A DNA stretch of 64,000 nt from a virus. The position numbers and the translations under genes were made by a program. Of this stretch, positions 1 through 9,261 are shown one piece after another. Position 1 is the first letter of the stretch. Each line of letters opens with the position of its first letter. Location: IMG/VR virus record IMGVR_UViG_3300010397_000042, positions 1-64,000 of that record. One strand, written 5' to 3'. The notes below the pieces were generated by a model. That model was not told the DNA's origin, did no database searches, and saw nothing but the letters and a program-made list of their open reading frames with translations.

Positions 1-212
1 ATGCGGGGACCTCGTTCATTGTGGACGTCTTTCCAATCGACTTCTATCGGACCATCCAGATCGATGCTGGTGCGATCGTCACCTTCTTTGCCGACGCCAC
101 GGATGGCAACGAGATCGACCACACCTATAACTTCCCGGGCGTCACTGACCCACCGCAGCCATACGGCGGTCAGTGGGCCAACGCGACCGTAGTGAACGTT
201 GTGAAGAGATAA
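1..212 (+). CDS. 3' end of a virion/tail protein (partial)
   Basis: Open frame ending TAA at 210-212, abutting the fibre ATG at 213; function inferred from position only. Confidence 0.5.
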   Translation, partial: AGTSFIVDVFPIDFYRTIQIDAGAIVTFFADATDGNEIDHTYNFPGVTDPPQPYGGQWANATVVNVVKR

Positions 213-3200
213 ATGAGCACGAAAATTCTTACCGATCTGGAGGTCGACGCACCGCTCCAGATGAACGCGAATTACCGTTTCAGTCCACTCGACCGGCGAT
301 ACATTGATGAACAGATCATTGGGATCGAGACGCTTCTCGTGCGTGCCCTCATTCGGGGCAACATGGGGACATACTACACCCTCGATCCAGATTCGACCGC
401 CGTTCCCCCTGGATACGCGGTGTGTCTTGGAAGCGCGGCAACGGGTACGGTTACCCTTGCCGACGCTGCTGCTCTTTCTTTAGCTAAGGCTCCTGTCGGC
501 GTCGCCCTTCTTGGTGCATCCCCCGGCGGACGTATCTTCGTTGTTCACGCAGGTATCATTCCCCCGTCAGTCACTGGATTCGAAGGCGGTGCCCCTGGGT
601 TCGCCCGAGTAAACGTGTCGACCGGAGCTCTCGAACGTGTCGCATCGCTCGACAGCACGGACTACGCGATCGGAACGATCGACAATGCCGGCTGGCTTCA
701 GATTGGAAACCACTCGGCAGCGGCATCCGGCGGTGGTGCGTACTCGGAGGTTACTGCACCGCTAACGAACAACGGAACCGGTCAGCTCGATAACGTGTCG
801 ACGTTGAACAGTGGTCTTGCGGTAAGCGCGATTCGATTTACTGGTGTAGCCCCCGACGTAACGGGTCTTGCAAACGGAACGGCAGGACGCCGCGTTCATG
901 TGATCGCGGTCGGCGGTCCTCTTGTTCTCGAAGAGAACAGCATCTCGAGCTCGGCTGGGAATAAGATCAAGACTGGCGCCGGAAACATCGAGATACCGCA
1001 AGGCTCTGCCGGCTGGCTTGTCTACGATGCGAGCTCGAGTCCGGGATACTGGGTCCTTTCTCAAACCGGCCCGATGGGCGGGCAGGGTGCAACCGGCGCG
1101 ATCGGCCCGACAGGACCTCAGGGTAATACCGGTGCCGTAGGACCCCAGGGCCCGACAGGACCCCAGGGCCCGACAGGACCTCAAGGTAATACTGGAGCCA
1201 CGGGGCCCCAGGGTACCACCGGAGCGACTGGACCTCAGGGTTCAACGGGACCCGCAGCGGTCTCCGGTGAAATCCCATCAGCCTATGTACACGACGCGAC
1301 GTCGCAGAACACGAATAGCAACTCGTTCTCGGATGTCACCAATGCGACAACTACGATCACTGTCGCATCCACCGTTCCGATCGTGGCGATGGCATCGATC
1401 TCTTGGAACGCTGGTGCCACCAACACGGACGCTGCCTTCCGACTTGTGATCGATGCTCAGAACGGATCCGAGCATCATGAGATCGTCGATACATCAGGTG
1501 ATGCGAGTACACTCGGCTTGATGTTTGAGTCGACCGCCCTAGCTGCTGGTACGTACACCGTCAAACTGCAGTACCGCGCCATCGCAGGCACGGTGAACTA
1601 CGAGTCGTCATCCATCACCGTTGTCGCCATGCAGGCTTGCGTGGGACCCTCTGGCGCAACCGGCATCCAAGGTGCAACGGGACCCCAGGGTGCGACTGGA
1701 GCAGTGGGCGCAACCGGAGCTGCCGGAGCGGCCGGTGCCGCTGGCGCAACCGGAGCTGTAGGGGCGACTGGCGCCGTTGGCGCAACCGGAGCTGTAGGTG
1801 CCACCGGTGCAGTGGGTAGCACCGGAGCTACGGGAGCTACCGGCATCGGGTTCGGATGGACGACGGTTCTCGACCTCGACTTCACTGCCGAGTCTTCCCA
1901 GACACTATCGACCGACACGACGTATGTGATCGGTGGGATCAACTGGACGAAGCAGAACTCGACGAACGACTCCACTGCGATGGCCCTGACCAATGGGACC
2001 GGCCTCGTCATCGTCCCGAAGTCCACGAGCGACTTCTACCAGGGTACGACGACGATGCCCCTCATCAAGACGGCCCTCAGCAACATCAGCTCGAAGCTGA
2101 TCTTGGGAAAGAAGATCCGGATCTGGTACTACTGGAGCGCCCAGAACTCCAACGCGGACTTCGACGGTGAGGTCGCCGGCATCTCCGACGGCACCTCCTC
2201 CAACTGGTACGGGTACTACCGCGGCAAGGCGGGCGCGACGAACCTCATCTCCCGCATCCAGGGGGCGAACGTCGACAAGTCGCTAGCCATCGCGTACACG
2301 GTCGGCACGGCGAACAACGTGACGATGCTGGAGATCCCCGAGCTGGGGGCTCCGTCGGTGCAGACGTTCTACGGGCAGTATTCGTCGGGATTCCCCGCGG
2401 AGTCCGCGCTGACGGCCAACCGGTACGTCAACGACCAGGCGACCAACATCGTCGGCCTCACCAACTCGAACGCGGTGCTCTTTATCGGGGCTATGCGCGC
2501 GGGCTCGGGCACCGCGTACTCGACCACGCTCGCGAGGATCAAGATCGAGGTCCTCGACGTCGACACCATGAACAGCTCCCAGGGGGCGACGGGTGCCACG
2601 GGTGCCTCCAACGTGACGGTTGCAGCGTTTTCCAGCCGCCCGTCTAACGCGGCAAACAAGGTCTTTTATCCCACGGACGGGGGCTTCAACCAGGTCGCGG
2701 ACGGCACCAACTGGTACAACGTCGTCGCGGGGGTTCCCCTGCGGGAACCGGCGGATCCGTCGGGCTACACGCAGACGAACTTCGGAACGAGTACCGTGTC
2801 GCTCACCCACGGGTGCGTGCACTTTGCCCCGCAGGTGAATGCCGGGCCCATCCTCCGGATGGCGGGCAAAACGATCAACACGCTCGCGGGGTCGTCGATC
2901 ACGTGCTGCGCCCAGATGTCGAACGTCGCCCAGTTCAACGGGCCGGGCGTCTACATGCGGGAGACGAGCACCAGCAAGGTCATGTCGCTGACCCTCCAGA
3001 CCCAGACCGCGGCATCGAAGGACCCTTGGACCCTAGGGAAAGAGATCTGGACTAGCAACGGAGCAACTCGTAGCGCTTCTGGTTTTTACTACGCGTCTGC
3101 CTTCGTCGCGAATCCCGGACCCATCCTCTGGCGTCTGGAGATCTCGGGCTCCAACGTCCTTATCCGCGTGTCGACAGACGGTGGGCAGAACTGGTTTACC

Positions 3201-3332
3201 ATCGAGACCGTTGCGCTCACGACCCCGTTCACGACCCAACCGAACGAGTTCGGAATCTGTATGCACGTCGAGAACAATACCACTCCCGCCCCAGTGGGAC
3301 AGTTCCAGTACGTGGCATTCGTGGGAGATTGA
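213..3332 (+). CDS. Tail fibre / receptor-binding protein with collagen-like repeats
   Basis: 1039 aa; two long G-X-Y tracts (GPQGPT, GATGAV) and a short third one; Ser/Thr/Gly-rich beta-type domains; lies between tail and lysis genes. Confidence 0.85.
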   Translation: MSTKILTDLEVDAPLQMNANYRFSPLDRRYIDEQIIGIETLLVRALIRGNMGTYYTLDPDSTAVPPGYAVCLGSAATGTVTLADAAALSLAKAPVGVALLGASPGGRIFVVHAGIIPPSVTGFEGGAPGFARVNVSTGALERVASLDSTDYAIGTIDNAGWLQIGNHSAAASGGGAYSEVTAPLTNNGTGQLDNVSTLNSGLAVSAIRFTGVAPDVTGLANGTAGRRVHVIAVGGPLVLEENSISSSAGNKIKTGAGNIEIPQGSAGWLVYDASSSPGYWVLSQTGPMGGQGATGAIGPTGPQGNTGAVGPQGPTGPQGPTGPQGNTGATGPQGTTGATGPQGSTGPAAVSGEIPSAYVHDATSQNTNSNSFSDVTNATTTITVASTVPIVAMASISWNAGATNTDAAFRLVIDAQNGSEHHEIVDTSGDASTLGLMFESTALAAGTYTVKLQYRAIAGTVNYESSSITVVAMQACVGPSGATGIQGATGPQGATGAVGATGAAGAAGAAGATGAVGATGAVGATGAVGATGAVGSTGATGATGIGFGWTTVLDLDFTAESSQTLSTDTTYVIGGINWTKQNSTNDSTAMALTNGTGLVIVPKSTSDFYQGTTTMPLIKTALSNISSKLILGKKIRIWYYWSAQNSNADFDGEVAGISDGTSSNWYGYYRGKAGATNLISRIQGANVDKSLAIAYTVGTANNVTMLEIPELGAPSVQTFYGQYSSGFPAESALTANRYVNDQATNIVGLTNSNAVLFIGAMRAGSGTAYSTTLARIKIEVLDVDTMNSSQGATGATGASNVTVAAFSSRPSNAANKVFYPTDGGFNQVADGTNWYNVVAGVPLREPADPSGYTQTNFGTSTVSLTHGCVHFAPQVNAGPILRMAGKTINTLAGSSITCCAQMSNVAQFNGPGVYMRETSTSKVMSLTLQTQTAASKDPWTLGKEIWTSNGATRSASGFYYASAFVANPGPILWRLEISGSNVLIRVSTDGGQNWFTIETVALTTPFTTQPNEFGICMHVENNTTPAPVGQFQYVAFVGD
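1072..1260 (+). repeat. Collagen-like G-X-Y repeat tract 1 (9/18-bp units such as ggaccccagggcccgaca)
   Basis: Direct tandem repeats inside the fibre CDS. Confidence 0.9.
1645..1845 (+). repeat. Collagen-like G-A-X repeat tract 2
   Basis: GATGAVGATGAA repeats in the fibre CDS. Confidence 0.9.
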
Positions 3333-3479
3333 CATAGTCTTAGAATCGTGGGTTTTGCCTCCACCGACATGACCGCGATCACCACCGCCAACCTGAGGTT
3401 CGTCATCGGAGCCATCAGGGCGAACTCGGGTACATCCCTGTCCGTTGCCGTGGCGAGGCTGAAGATCGAGTACAGATAA
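3333..3479 (+). pseudogene. In-frame paralogous fibre C-terminal fragment (remnant or readthrough extension, 48 codons)
   Basis: Translates HSLRIVGFASTDMTAITTANLRFVIGAIRANSGTSLSVAVARLKIEYR*, which aligns with fibre segment LTNSNAVLFIGAMRAGSGTAYSTTLARIKIEV (about nt 2457-2552). Confidence 0.75.
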
Positions 3480-3501
3480 TCTTGTCACCGGTTGATACAC
3501 T

Positions 3502-4083
3502 ATGAGACTGATTCACATACTGGCACTTATCCTTCTTCTTCTCTCTTGCGCGCTAAATCCCGAATCTTCCTCTCCGGAATGTCAGGCTCATATCAGCAGA
3601 GTTGAGTTTCATGTCAGCTCTTCGTTCACTGGGGATGAGCAGGTCAAGCTGCTTGAGGCTGCTCAGGACTGGGGCTTCTTCTCACAAGATCGTATCCGGT
3701 TCAAGTTGATATATGACGGATATACCCCTCCGGGAACACCGTCTATCATTCGGGTTCATTCGCAAGACGCGATTGTCCGGAGCTACGACGAGATCCAGCA
3801 GGCGATACGTGGCACCGACTATCAGGCTAATGGCTGGTACGAGCCCGTAGTGAATCGCCTCTATCTGGTTGTGGATCGACTGGATGGAGAGAAGTTCCGA
3901 CTCGTTGCCACTCATGAGATGGGGCACGCTGCAGGATTGCGGTGGCCCGATTGCGATGAAGATCTGAAGCAGACATGCGAGCACGCTCGTGACCCCAGCG
4001 CTCTGATGGCGCAAAGGTATTCGAATAACCCATTGGGTCCTGGAGACCTTGAGTTCTGTAGAGCCTCTTGTCTTTGTCCATGA
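3502..4083 (+). CDS. Matrixin-like (metzincin) zinc metallopeptidase, predicted lipoprotein
   Basis: HEMGHAAGL zinc motif, downstream His and ALM Met-turn; signal peptide ending LLLSC. Confidence 0.75.
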   Translation: MRLIHILALILLLLSCALNPESSSPECQAHISRVEFHVSSSFTGDEQVKLLEAAQDWGFFSQDRIRFKLIYDGYTPPGTPSIIRVHSQDAIVRSYDEIQQAIRGTDYQANGWYEPVVNRLYLVVDRLDGEKFRLVATHEMGHAAGLRWPDCDEDLKQTCEHARDPSALMAQRYSNNPLGPGDLEFCRASCLCP

Positions 4084-4301
4084 CAGCAATAATCGTAGCC
4101 ATAGTCGGTCTGGGACTGACCATCATCGGTCTCATTGTCAAGCTAACCACATTCAACACTGAGATTCGCATCTGGGTAGAGGAGATGCGAAAGGAAATGC
4201 ACATTCTCAAGCGCGTTCCGATGCTGGAGTATCGCGTTGGGGTGCTCGAGAAGCACGCAGGAATCTTCCTGTTTCAAGAAGAGAAGAACGATGAAAATTA
4301 G
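4080..4301 (+). CDS. Single-TM membrane protein (holin- or i-spanin-like)
   Basis: N-terminal hydrophobic helix followed by a coiled-coil-like segment; lysis-region position. Confidence 0.5.
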   Translation: MTAIIVAIVGLGLTIIGLIVKLTTFNTEIRIWVEEMRKEMHILKRVPMLEYRVGVLEKHAGIFLFQEEKNDEN

Positions 4302-4488
4302 ACTACTCTTAGCGCTGACTTTCCTAGGGGCTTGCTTTCAACTGACTCCTGGCGATCGAGCGCAGCTCGCGGACGATGCCAACAAGATCGAGCAGTGCCA
4401 GGAGCAGGGACGTGCCTGTAAGGCAGACGGCGGGACGCACTGCAAGGATACCTACAACGACTGTATGAAAGATGCCGGGCTTCACTAA
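4291..4488 (+). CDS. Small Cys-rich lipoprotein (o-spanin-like candidate)
   Basis: MKIRLLLALTFLGAC lipobox; four further Cys; overlaps the upstream membrane gene. Confidence 0.55.
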   Translation: MKIRLLLALTFLGACFQLTPGDRAQLADDANKIEQCQEQGRACKADGGTHCKDTYNDCMKDAGLH

Positions 4489-4664
4489 TGGATGAACTAG
4501 CAGTACTTGCCAAGTGGACCGAGTTTCTCTTGGCTCACATGGACTTGATCATGATGATCAAGAATGCAATCGATGGTGGTGCGTCCAAGTCTGAGATCGT
4601 GAAGGCGATTGAAGCGGGAATGGTTGCAGCGAGTGACGCTGAGATGGATCGCGAGCTCGGATGA
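4488..4664 (+). CDS. Hypothetical protein (58 aa)
   Basis: MDELAVLAKW...DRELG; TAATG and ATGA overlaps with neighbouring genes. Confidence 0.6.
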   Translation: MDELAVLAKWTEFLLAHMDLIMMIKNAIDGGASKSEIVKAIEAGMVAASDAEMDRELG

Positions 4665-5335
4665 AACACTCTAGGCTTCCTGAGATTGTTGTTCCAGGTA
4701 AACGTCTCGGTCGACACATCTTGCACGATCCCCGATCCTTCGGGTTCGCTTCACCGCATACGACTCTGAAGTCGGCGAGCTGGAAACGCCACTGTCTTCC
4801 GTTCGATCAGGGAGATGTCGGTTCCTGCACTGGCAACGCGATGGCGGGCGCTCTCATGACCGAGCCGTTCTTCAAGTCAGGTCGAATCCTGACGGAGAAG
4901 GATGCAGTCGATCTGTATTCAACCGCGACTCATTACGACGGTGTGGTTGGAGTTTATCCACCTGATGATACTGGTTCGAGTGGGCTAGCCGTAGGGAAAG
5001 CTGCCAAGAAGCACGGTTGGATCAAGAGCTATCACCATGCATTCGGTCTGAACCAGACGCTTGCGGCTCTCGTCGCGTCACCGGTGATTATCGGTATTGC
5101 TTGGTACGAGGGCTTCGATAAGCCTCAGGGTCATGACGCCGAGCTCGTTATCGGCGGGGCCCCTCGTGGAGGCCACGAAATCGAACTTCTAGCGGTGGAC
5201 CTGGGTAAGAAGCAGGTTCGCATGTGCAACAGCTGGGGAACCGGTTGGGGCGACCATGGATACGCGGTTTTGTCGTTCGCTACTCTCGAGCGGCTTCTCA
5301 ACGAGGACGGAGACGTCGTCGTTCCGGTGCAGTAA
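4661..5335 (+). CDS. Papain-like (C1 family) cysteine peptidase
   Basis: DQGDVGSCTGNA (Gln/Cys), GGHEI (His), NSWGTGWGDHGY (Asn) motifs. Confidence 0.85.
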   Translation: MKHSRLPEIVVPGKRLGRHILHDPRSFGFASPHTTLKSASWKRHCLPFDQGDVGSCTGNAMAGALMTEPFFKSGRILTEKDAVDLYSTATHYDGVVGVYPPDDTGSSGLAVGKAAKKHGWIKSYHHAFGLNQTLAALVASPVIIGIAWYEGFDKPQGHDAELVIGGAPRGGHEIELLAVDLGKKQVRMCNSWGTGWGDHGYAVLSFATLERLLNEDGDVVVPVQ

Positions 5336-5565
5336 TGGAATACACAGTACGTCAGGGAAAGAGCTATCGGGCTAAGATCGAGTTACCATGGACCAAAAGG
5401 GCTTTTGCCACCGAGAGGATTGTCGCTGACCGTCTTCTCGACGCTGGGTTCATCAACGTCACGGTCAAAGCTGAAGGCGGTGGAGTCTATTGGGCCTGGG
5501 GCGAATGGCCAGGTTTCGATGCGACCTCCGAGGTCGATTACGTTACTAGGTTGGATGAATTATGA
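5335..5565 (+). CDS. Hypothetical protein
   Basis: MEYTVRQG... coupled by a TAATG overlap. Confidence 0.6.
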   Translation: MEYTVRQGKSYRAKIELPWTKRAFATERIVADRLLDAGFINVTVKAEGGGVYWAWGEWPGFDATSEVDYVTRLDEL

Positions 5566-5729
5566 TGAAGTTTACATCTTGGCAATTGGTGGTGCTCGTA
5601 GCAGTGATGTTCACTGCGATCATCGCATCACAGGTATTTGCTCCAGGTGTCGCGTCTACCGTGGTTGCCATGGCGACGGCACTCTTTGGAACGCTGTTTG
5701 TTCAGCGTGAGACCTCTGAGAAACAGTGA
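5562..5729 (+). CDS. Putative holin (55 aa, two TM helices)
   Basis: MMKFTSWQLVVLVAVMFTAIIASQVFAPGVASTVVAMATALFGTLFVQRETSEKQ; charged C-terminus; just upstream of the lysozyme. Confidence 0.55.
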   Translation: MMKFTSWQLVVLVAVMFTAIIASQVFAPGVASTVVAMATALFGTLFVQRETSEKQ

Positions 5730-5895
5730 CTTGGTACACGATCGAATACCTCGGTAAGAACCGATATCGATTGGTTGTGAAGTGGTGGGATCCGCGCTTT
5801 TGGCGGGAAGGCTACCGCACCCTCCGAGAGTCTGGAACAGGGCGACTGGAGAGTCTCTATCTCACGCTCGTACTGATTTGGACGGTGATGTGTAA

Positions 5896-6627
5896 ATGAT
5901 TCGCGGGTTCGATGCTTCGTCCTGTCAGGGTGTCCTGCCATTCAAGCAACTAAACTCCGAGTATAACTTCGTCATTCTGAAGGCCCAGCAGGGCAATGAC
6001 GGATTCGATCCTGACTTCGAAAGGAACATGCTCGATGGCTTTGCGTCCGGTCTCGAAGTTTTTGCGTACTGTTTCGGATATCCTTTACCTCCTAAGGATG
6101 GGCATCCTGGAAGAGATCCTCGAGTTCAAGCGAAGCTGTTCGTGGACCGGGTTTACCGGTTCCCCCAGATGCGAGGACGTCCGATCTTCCTCGACTTCGA
6201 ATGGCCCGAACCACAAGACTGGGTGAAGTGGGGAGTCACCGCTGCGTTTATCTCGCAGTGGTGTCGCGATTGTGCCAACGAGGTCTGGAGACTTACTGGT
6301 GTAAAGCCGATTATCTATACCTACCCGGACTGGTGGCATCATGTCTCTACAGCCGACGTCTCTTGGGCGAGTACGTTCAGGTTGTGGCTGGCTGCCTATG
6401 TGAAGGCATGGCCGACGGATGGGAGCTCTCCACATGTGCCGAAGCCGTGGGAAGATTGGCTCTTCTGGCAGTGGGACGGGAATGGTGGTTTCCGATTGCC
6501 CAATGGTGTGGACGCAGACTTTTGTGTTTTCAATGGCGATAGAGCTGCTCTCACAGCTTTAGCGAACCCCCGACCGGTTGACGGTATCGAGGGTGATGCA
6601 GCCATCCTAACGGTGGAGCGCGTATGA
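5896..6627 (+). CDS. Endolysin, GH25 lysozyme
   Basis: GFDASSCQG, FVILKA, LDFE, IIYT, LWLAAY, WLFWQW, VDAD motifs typical of GH25. Confidence 0.9.
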   Translation: MIRGFDASSCQGVLPFKQLNSEYNFVILKAQQGNDGFDPDFERNMLDGFASGLEVFAYCFGYPLPPKDGHPGRDPRVQAKLFVDRVYRFPQMRGRPIFLDFEWPEPQDWVKWGVTAAFISQWCRDCANEVWRLTGVKPIIYTYPDWWHHVSTADVSWASTFRLWLAAYVKAWPTDGSSPHVPKPWEDWLFWQWDGNGGFRLPNGVDADFCVFNGDRAALTALANPRPVDGIEGDAAILTVERV

Positions 6628-6986
6628 TTCGAGATGGCGAGAAGTTACTGCTGAGTTTCGATATCGGGAGTGTTCCATGGAAGTACGTCGAGTCTGACGA
6701 CAGCATCGAAGACGAGATGACAGAAGCGCAAGGCATCATGCGCGCAGATCGTCAGGTCGTCTATGTGAACCGCAGTGAAACACCGCCTGAGGGTTATGAA
6801 TACGTGTTCTTCCATGAAGCAGGACACGCGGTGTTCTTTACTACTGGTGTCAAAGAAGCACTGAAACAGATCACTGGATTCGAGGGGGACAAGTGCACCC
6901 AACTCGAAGAATTCCTGATGTCCAACTTGATGCATGCCATGTACGACACGCTCAAGCGTAACGGCTGGCTGAAGATTCCCTTATGA
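6624..6986 (+). CDS. Small HExxH metallopeptidase-like phage protein
   Basis: FFHEAGHA plus downstream EE. Confidence 0.6.
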   Translation: MIRDGEKLLLSFDIGSVPWKYVESDDSIEDEMTEAQGIMRADRQVVYVNRSETPPEGYEYVFFHEAGHAVFFTTGVKEALKQITGFEGDKCTQLEEFLMSNLMHAMYDTLKRNGWLKIPL

Positions 6987-7118
6987 GCGACACAACCCTG
7001 GTTCTTGTGGTCCCAACGGCCACCCTTACACAAACCCAATCGTCGGCGACCCTCGAACTTGAAACGGACGTCGATGCAACCATGACTCAATCGGTACTTT
7101 CGGCGGAGCTTATTGAAA

Positions 7119-7475
7119 ATGAGTGACTTTACGATCAACCGCGGTGACACAACGGAGTGGAAGCTCACCGCTCGCAAAGACGGCGTAGCCATCGATCTGA
7201 CTGGTGGTCAGGTCTTCATGGCGGTTCGACGCAACTACGCGTCACCATTGCTATTTCAACGGACGAGTGCTGAGGACGGCGGCATCACGATCGACGATGG
7301 TACCGGTGGTACCGCGACGATCGAGCTCAAACCCGAGGACACCCTCAACCTAGCTAATGACGTTCTTTCGGTGGTCTATTCCATCCACGTCGTCACGGCT
7401 GCTGGCAAGCAGTACACCGTCAAACGGGGCACCCTCGAAATCGATCCGATTGCGTGGGATGGTGAAACACTCTGA
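7119..7475 (+). CDS. BppU N-terminal-like virion adaptor protein
   Basis: RGDT...IDLTG...ITI...G.ATIEL.PEDT...Y.I pattern. Confidence 0.6.
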   Translation: MSDFTINRGDTTEWKLTARKDGVAIDLTGGQVFMAVRRNYASPLLFQRTSAEDGGITIDDGTGGTATIELKPEDTLNLANDVLSVVYSIHVVTAAGKQYTVKRGTLEIDPIAWDGETL

Positions 7476-7491
7476 GTTTTTGTGCTATAGT
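7462..7491 (+). promoter_or_regulatory. Phage promoter motif copy
   Basis: GTGAAA-CACTCTGAG...GC-TATAGT. Confidence 0.6.
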
Positions 7492-7511
7492 TCAAGGATA
7501 GTGGAGGATCC

Positions 7512-8333
7512 TTGGACAAAGGCAAAATACATGTGGTCATCGGCGACACCCAAGTCAAAGAGGGCGTACCGACCAACCATCTTTCTTGGATAGGGCAGTA
7601 CATCGTCGACCACTTTGCGGAGTGGCAACCTGACCTCAGTATCATACATACCGGCGACCATGCCGACATGCCGTCACTCAGTTCTTACGACAAGGGTAAG
7701 AAGGAGATGGAGGGCAGGCGTTACAAGGCAGATGTCCGAGCGTCCAACAACGGCTGGGACCTACTGAACGAACCGCTCTACGACTACAACAAGAAGCGCC
7801 GTAAGCCATGGGAGCCCAAGCGATTCATCACTCTTGGGAATCACGAGTATCGAATCAACAAGGCCTGCGAAGACACCGCTCAGTTGGACGGTGTCATCTC
7901 CACGGACGACTTGAACTACAAGGAGTGGGGATGGGAAGTGATTCCATTTCTCGAGATCCTCGACTTGGACGGTATCTGGTACAGCCACTACTTCTATAAC
8001 CCGCAAACCGGCAAACCGTACGGCGGTGCAAACCTTTACACGCGTCTCCAGACCATCGGGCATTCGTTCACGATGGGTCATCAACAAGGATTGAAGGTTG
8101 CGAGTCGCGAGGTCGGTAAGACCCGGCATTGCGGTCTCGTTCTAGGATCCACGTATCTTCACGATGAGAAGTACTTGGGCCCTCAGGGAAATGCGTATTG
8201 GCGAGGAATCGTTGTCTGCCATCAGGTCGAAAACGGTGCCTACGACAGGATGGAAGTCAGTCTCGATTTCTTATGCAGACGTTATGAGGGGAAGACCCTC
8301 TCGGAGTTTATGCGAGGAGTAGTAGCAGCATGA
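7512..8333 (+). CDS. Calcineurin-like metallophosphoesterase
   Basis: IGDTQ, GDHAD, LGNHE, SH, GHQQ motifs. Confidence 0.85.
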   Translation: MDKGKIHVVIGDTQVKEGVPTNHLSWIGQYIVDHFAEWQPDLSIIHTGDHADMPSLSSYDKGKKEMEGRRYKADVRASNNGWDLLNEPLYDYNKKRRKPWEPKRFITLGNHEYRINKACEDTAQLDGVISTDDLNYKEWGWEVIPFLEILDLDGIWYSHYFYNPQTGKPYGGANLYTRLQTIGHSFTMGHQQGLKVASREVGKTRHCGLVLGSTYLHDEKYLGPQGNAYWRGIVVCHQVENGAYDRMEVSLDFLCRRYEGKTLSEFMRGVVAA

Positions 8334-9040
8334 AGTTAGGTCTTATCTTTGCGTTCGTTCTTTCTTTGGCAGCATGTGTCACGCCATTAGACGTGGTTCC
8401 ACCGTCCGTTTCAAAGGCTCCTGTCTCGAAGGAGCAATCGGCTTTCAGTCTCAGATCAAAGACGGTAGCTCTGGTCCGGGGCACCGATGATGGTCCGGCA
8501 CCTTTTTGCACCGGGGTCTGGGTTACGCCGAGCACATTCCTGACCGCGCAGCACTGCGTCGACGAAGATAAGATGGGAGGGGTGTTCGTTTACACCTCCG
8601 AGAGTGACGTCTTCGGAAAGGGCGATCCTCATCCGAAGGCCAACATTCAAGTGCGACTAGCTTCACTAAAGAAGGTCGATGCGATTCACGACCTGGCGCT
8701 GCTGCATGCTCCCGATCCTCCCGAACAACACGGCATCGTCGAGACGGTGGCTAGCCGAGTTACCGCCGGTCAATTCGTTCAGACCATGGGGCACTCGATC
8801 GGACTCTGGTACAGCTACTCAAGCGGTGACGTAAGCGCGGTCCGATGGATCGATGCTGGTGACGGCAGCATGATGTACGTCCAGACCACCGTTCCAACCA
8901 GTCCGGGTAACAGCGGTGGTGGACTCTTCAACGAGAACCTCGAGCTCGTCGGGCTCTGTCACGGCACGGTGAAGCACGGTCAGAACATCAGCTTCTACGT
9001 TCACGCGCAGCACATCGCCGAGTTCTTGAAGGATAAATGA
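8330..9040 (+). CDS. Trypsin-like (S1) serine protease, predicted lipoprotein
   Basis: LTAQHC, DLALL, PGNSGG catalytic triad; SLAAC lipobox. Confidence 0.9.
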   Translation: MKLGLIFAFVLSLAACVTPLDVVPPSVSKAPVSKEQSAFSLRSKTVALVRGTDDGPAPFCTGVWVTPSTFLTAQHCVDEDKMGGVFVYTSESDVFGKGDPHPKANIQVRLASLKKVDAIHDLALLHAPDPPEQHGIVETVASRVTAGQFVQTMGHSIGLWYSYSSGDVSAVRWIDAGDGSMMYVQTTVPTSPGNSGGGLFNENLELVGLCHGTVKHGQNISFYVHAQHIAEFLKDK

Positions 9041-9216
9041 CGCCCGAGCAGTTCTGCTACTGGCTCCAAGGCTTCTTCGAGATGACCGGCGACAAGGCCA
9101 AGCTGTCGCCCGAGCAGGTCAAGATGGTCCGAGATCACCTTGCCATCGTCTTCAAAAAGGTGACGCCACCGCTCAAAACTGTCCGTCCATCAAGGTGGGA
9201 CGGGAAGCTCTGTTGA
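9037..9216 (+). CDS. Small conserved phage protein (MTPEQFCYWLQG type)
   Basis: 59 aa; ATGA overlap with the protease gene. Confidence 0.65.
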   Translation: MTPEQFCYWLQGFFEMTGDKAKLSPEQVKMVRDHLAIVFKKVTPPLKTVRPSRWDGKLC

Positions 9217-9219
9217 TTC

Positions 9220-9257
9220 GAACTCCGCGAGGTTTCCTCCTCCCTCGTGTTGAGTTC
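9220..9257 (+). ncRNA. Hairpin with anti-SD C-rich loop (CCUCCUCCC), possible sRNA
   Basis: GAACTC-CGCGAGG / CCTCGTG-TT-GAGTTC stem with loop TTTCCTCCTC. Confidence 0.4.
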
Positions 9258-9261
9258 CTGG

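Noticed and set aside
1072-1845. Short tandem repeats as a CRISPR array
   Set aside because: They are 9/18-bp in-frame collagen codon repeats with no unique spacers
2457-3479. Fibre segment and downstream copy as a DGR variable/template repeat pair
   Set aside because: Differences are not adenine-specific, nucleotide identity is modest, and no reverse transcriptase was seen in the window
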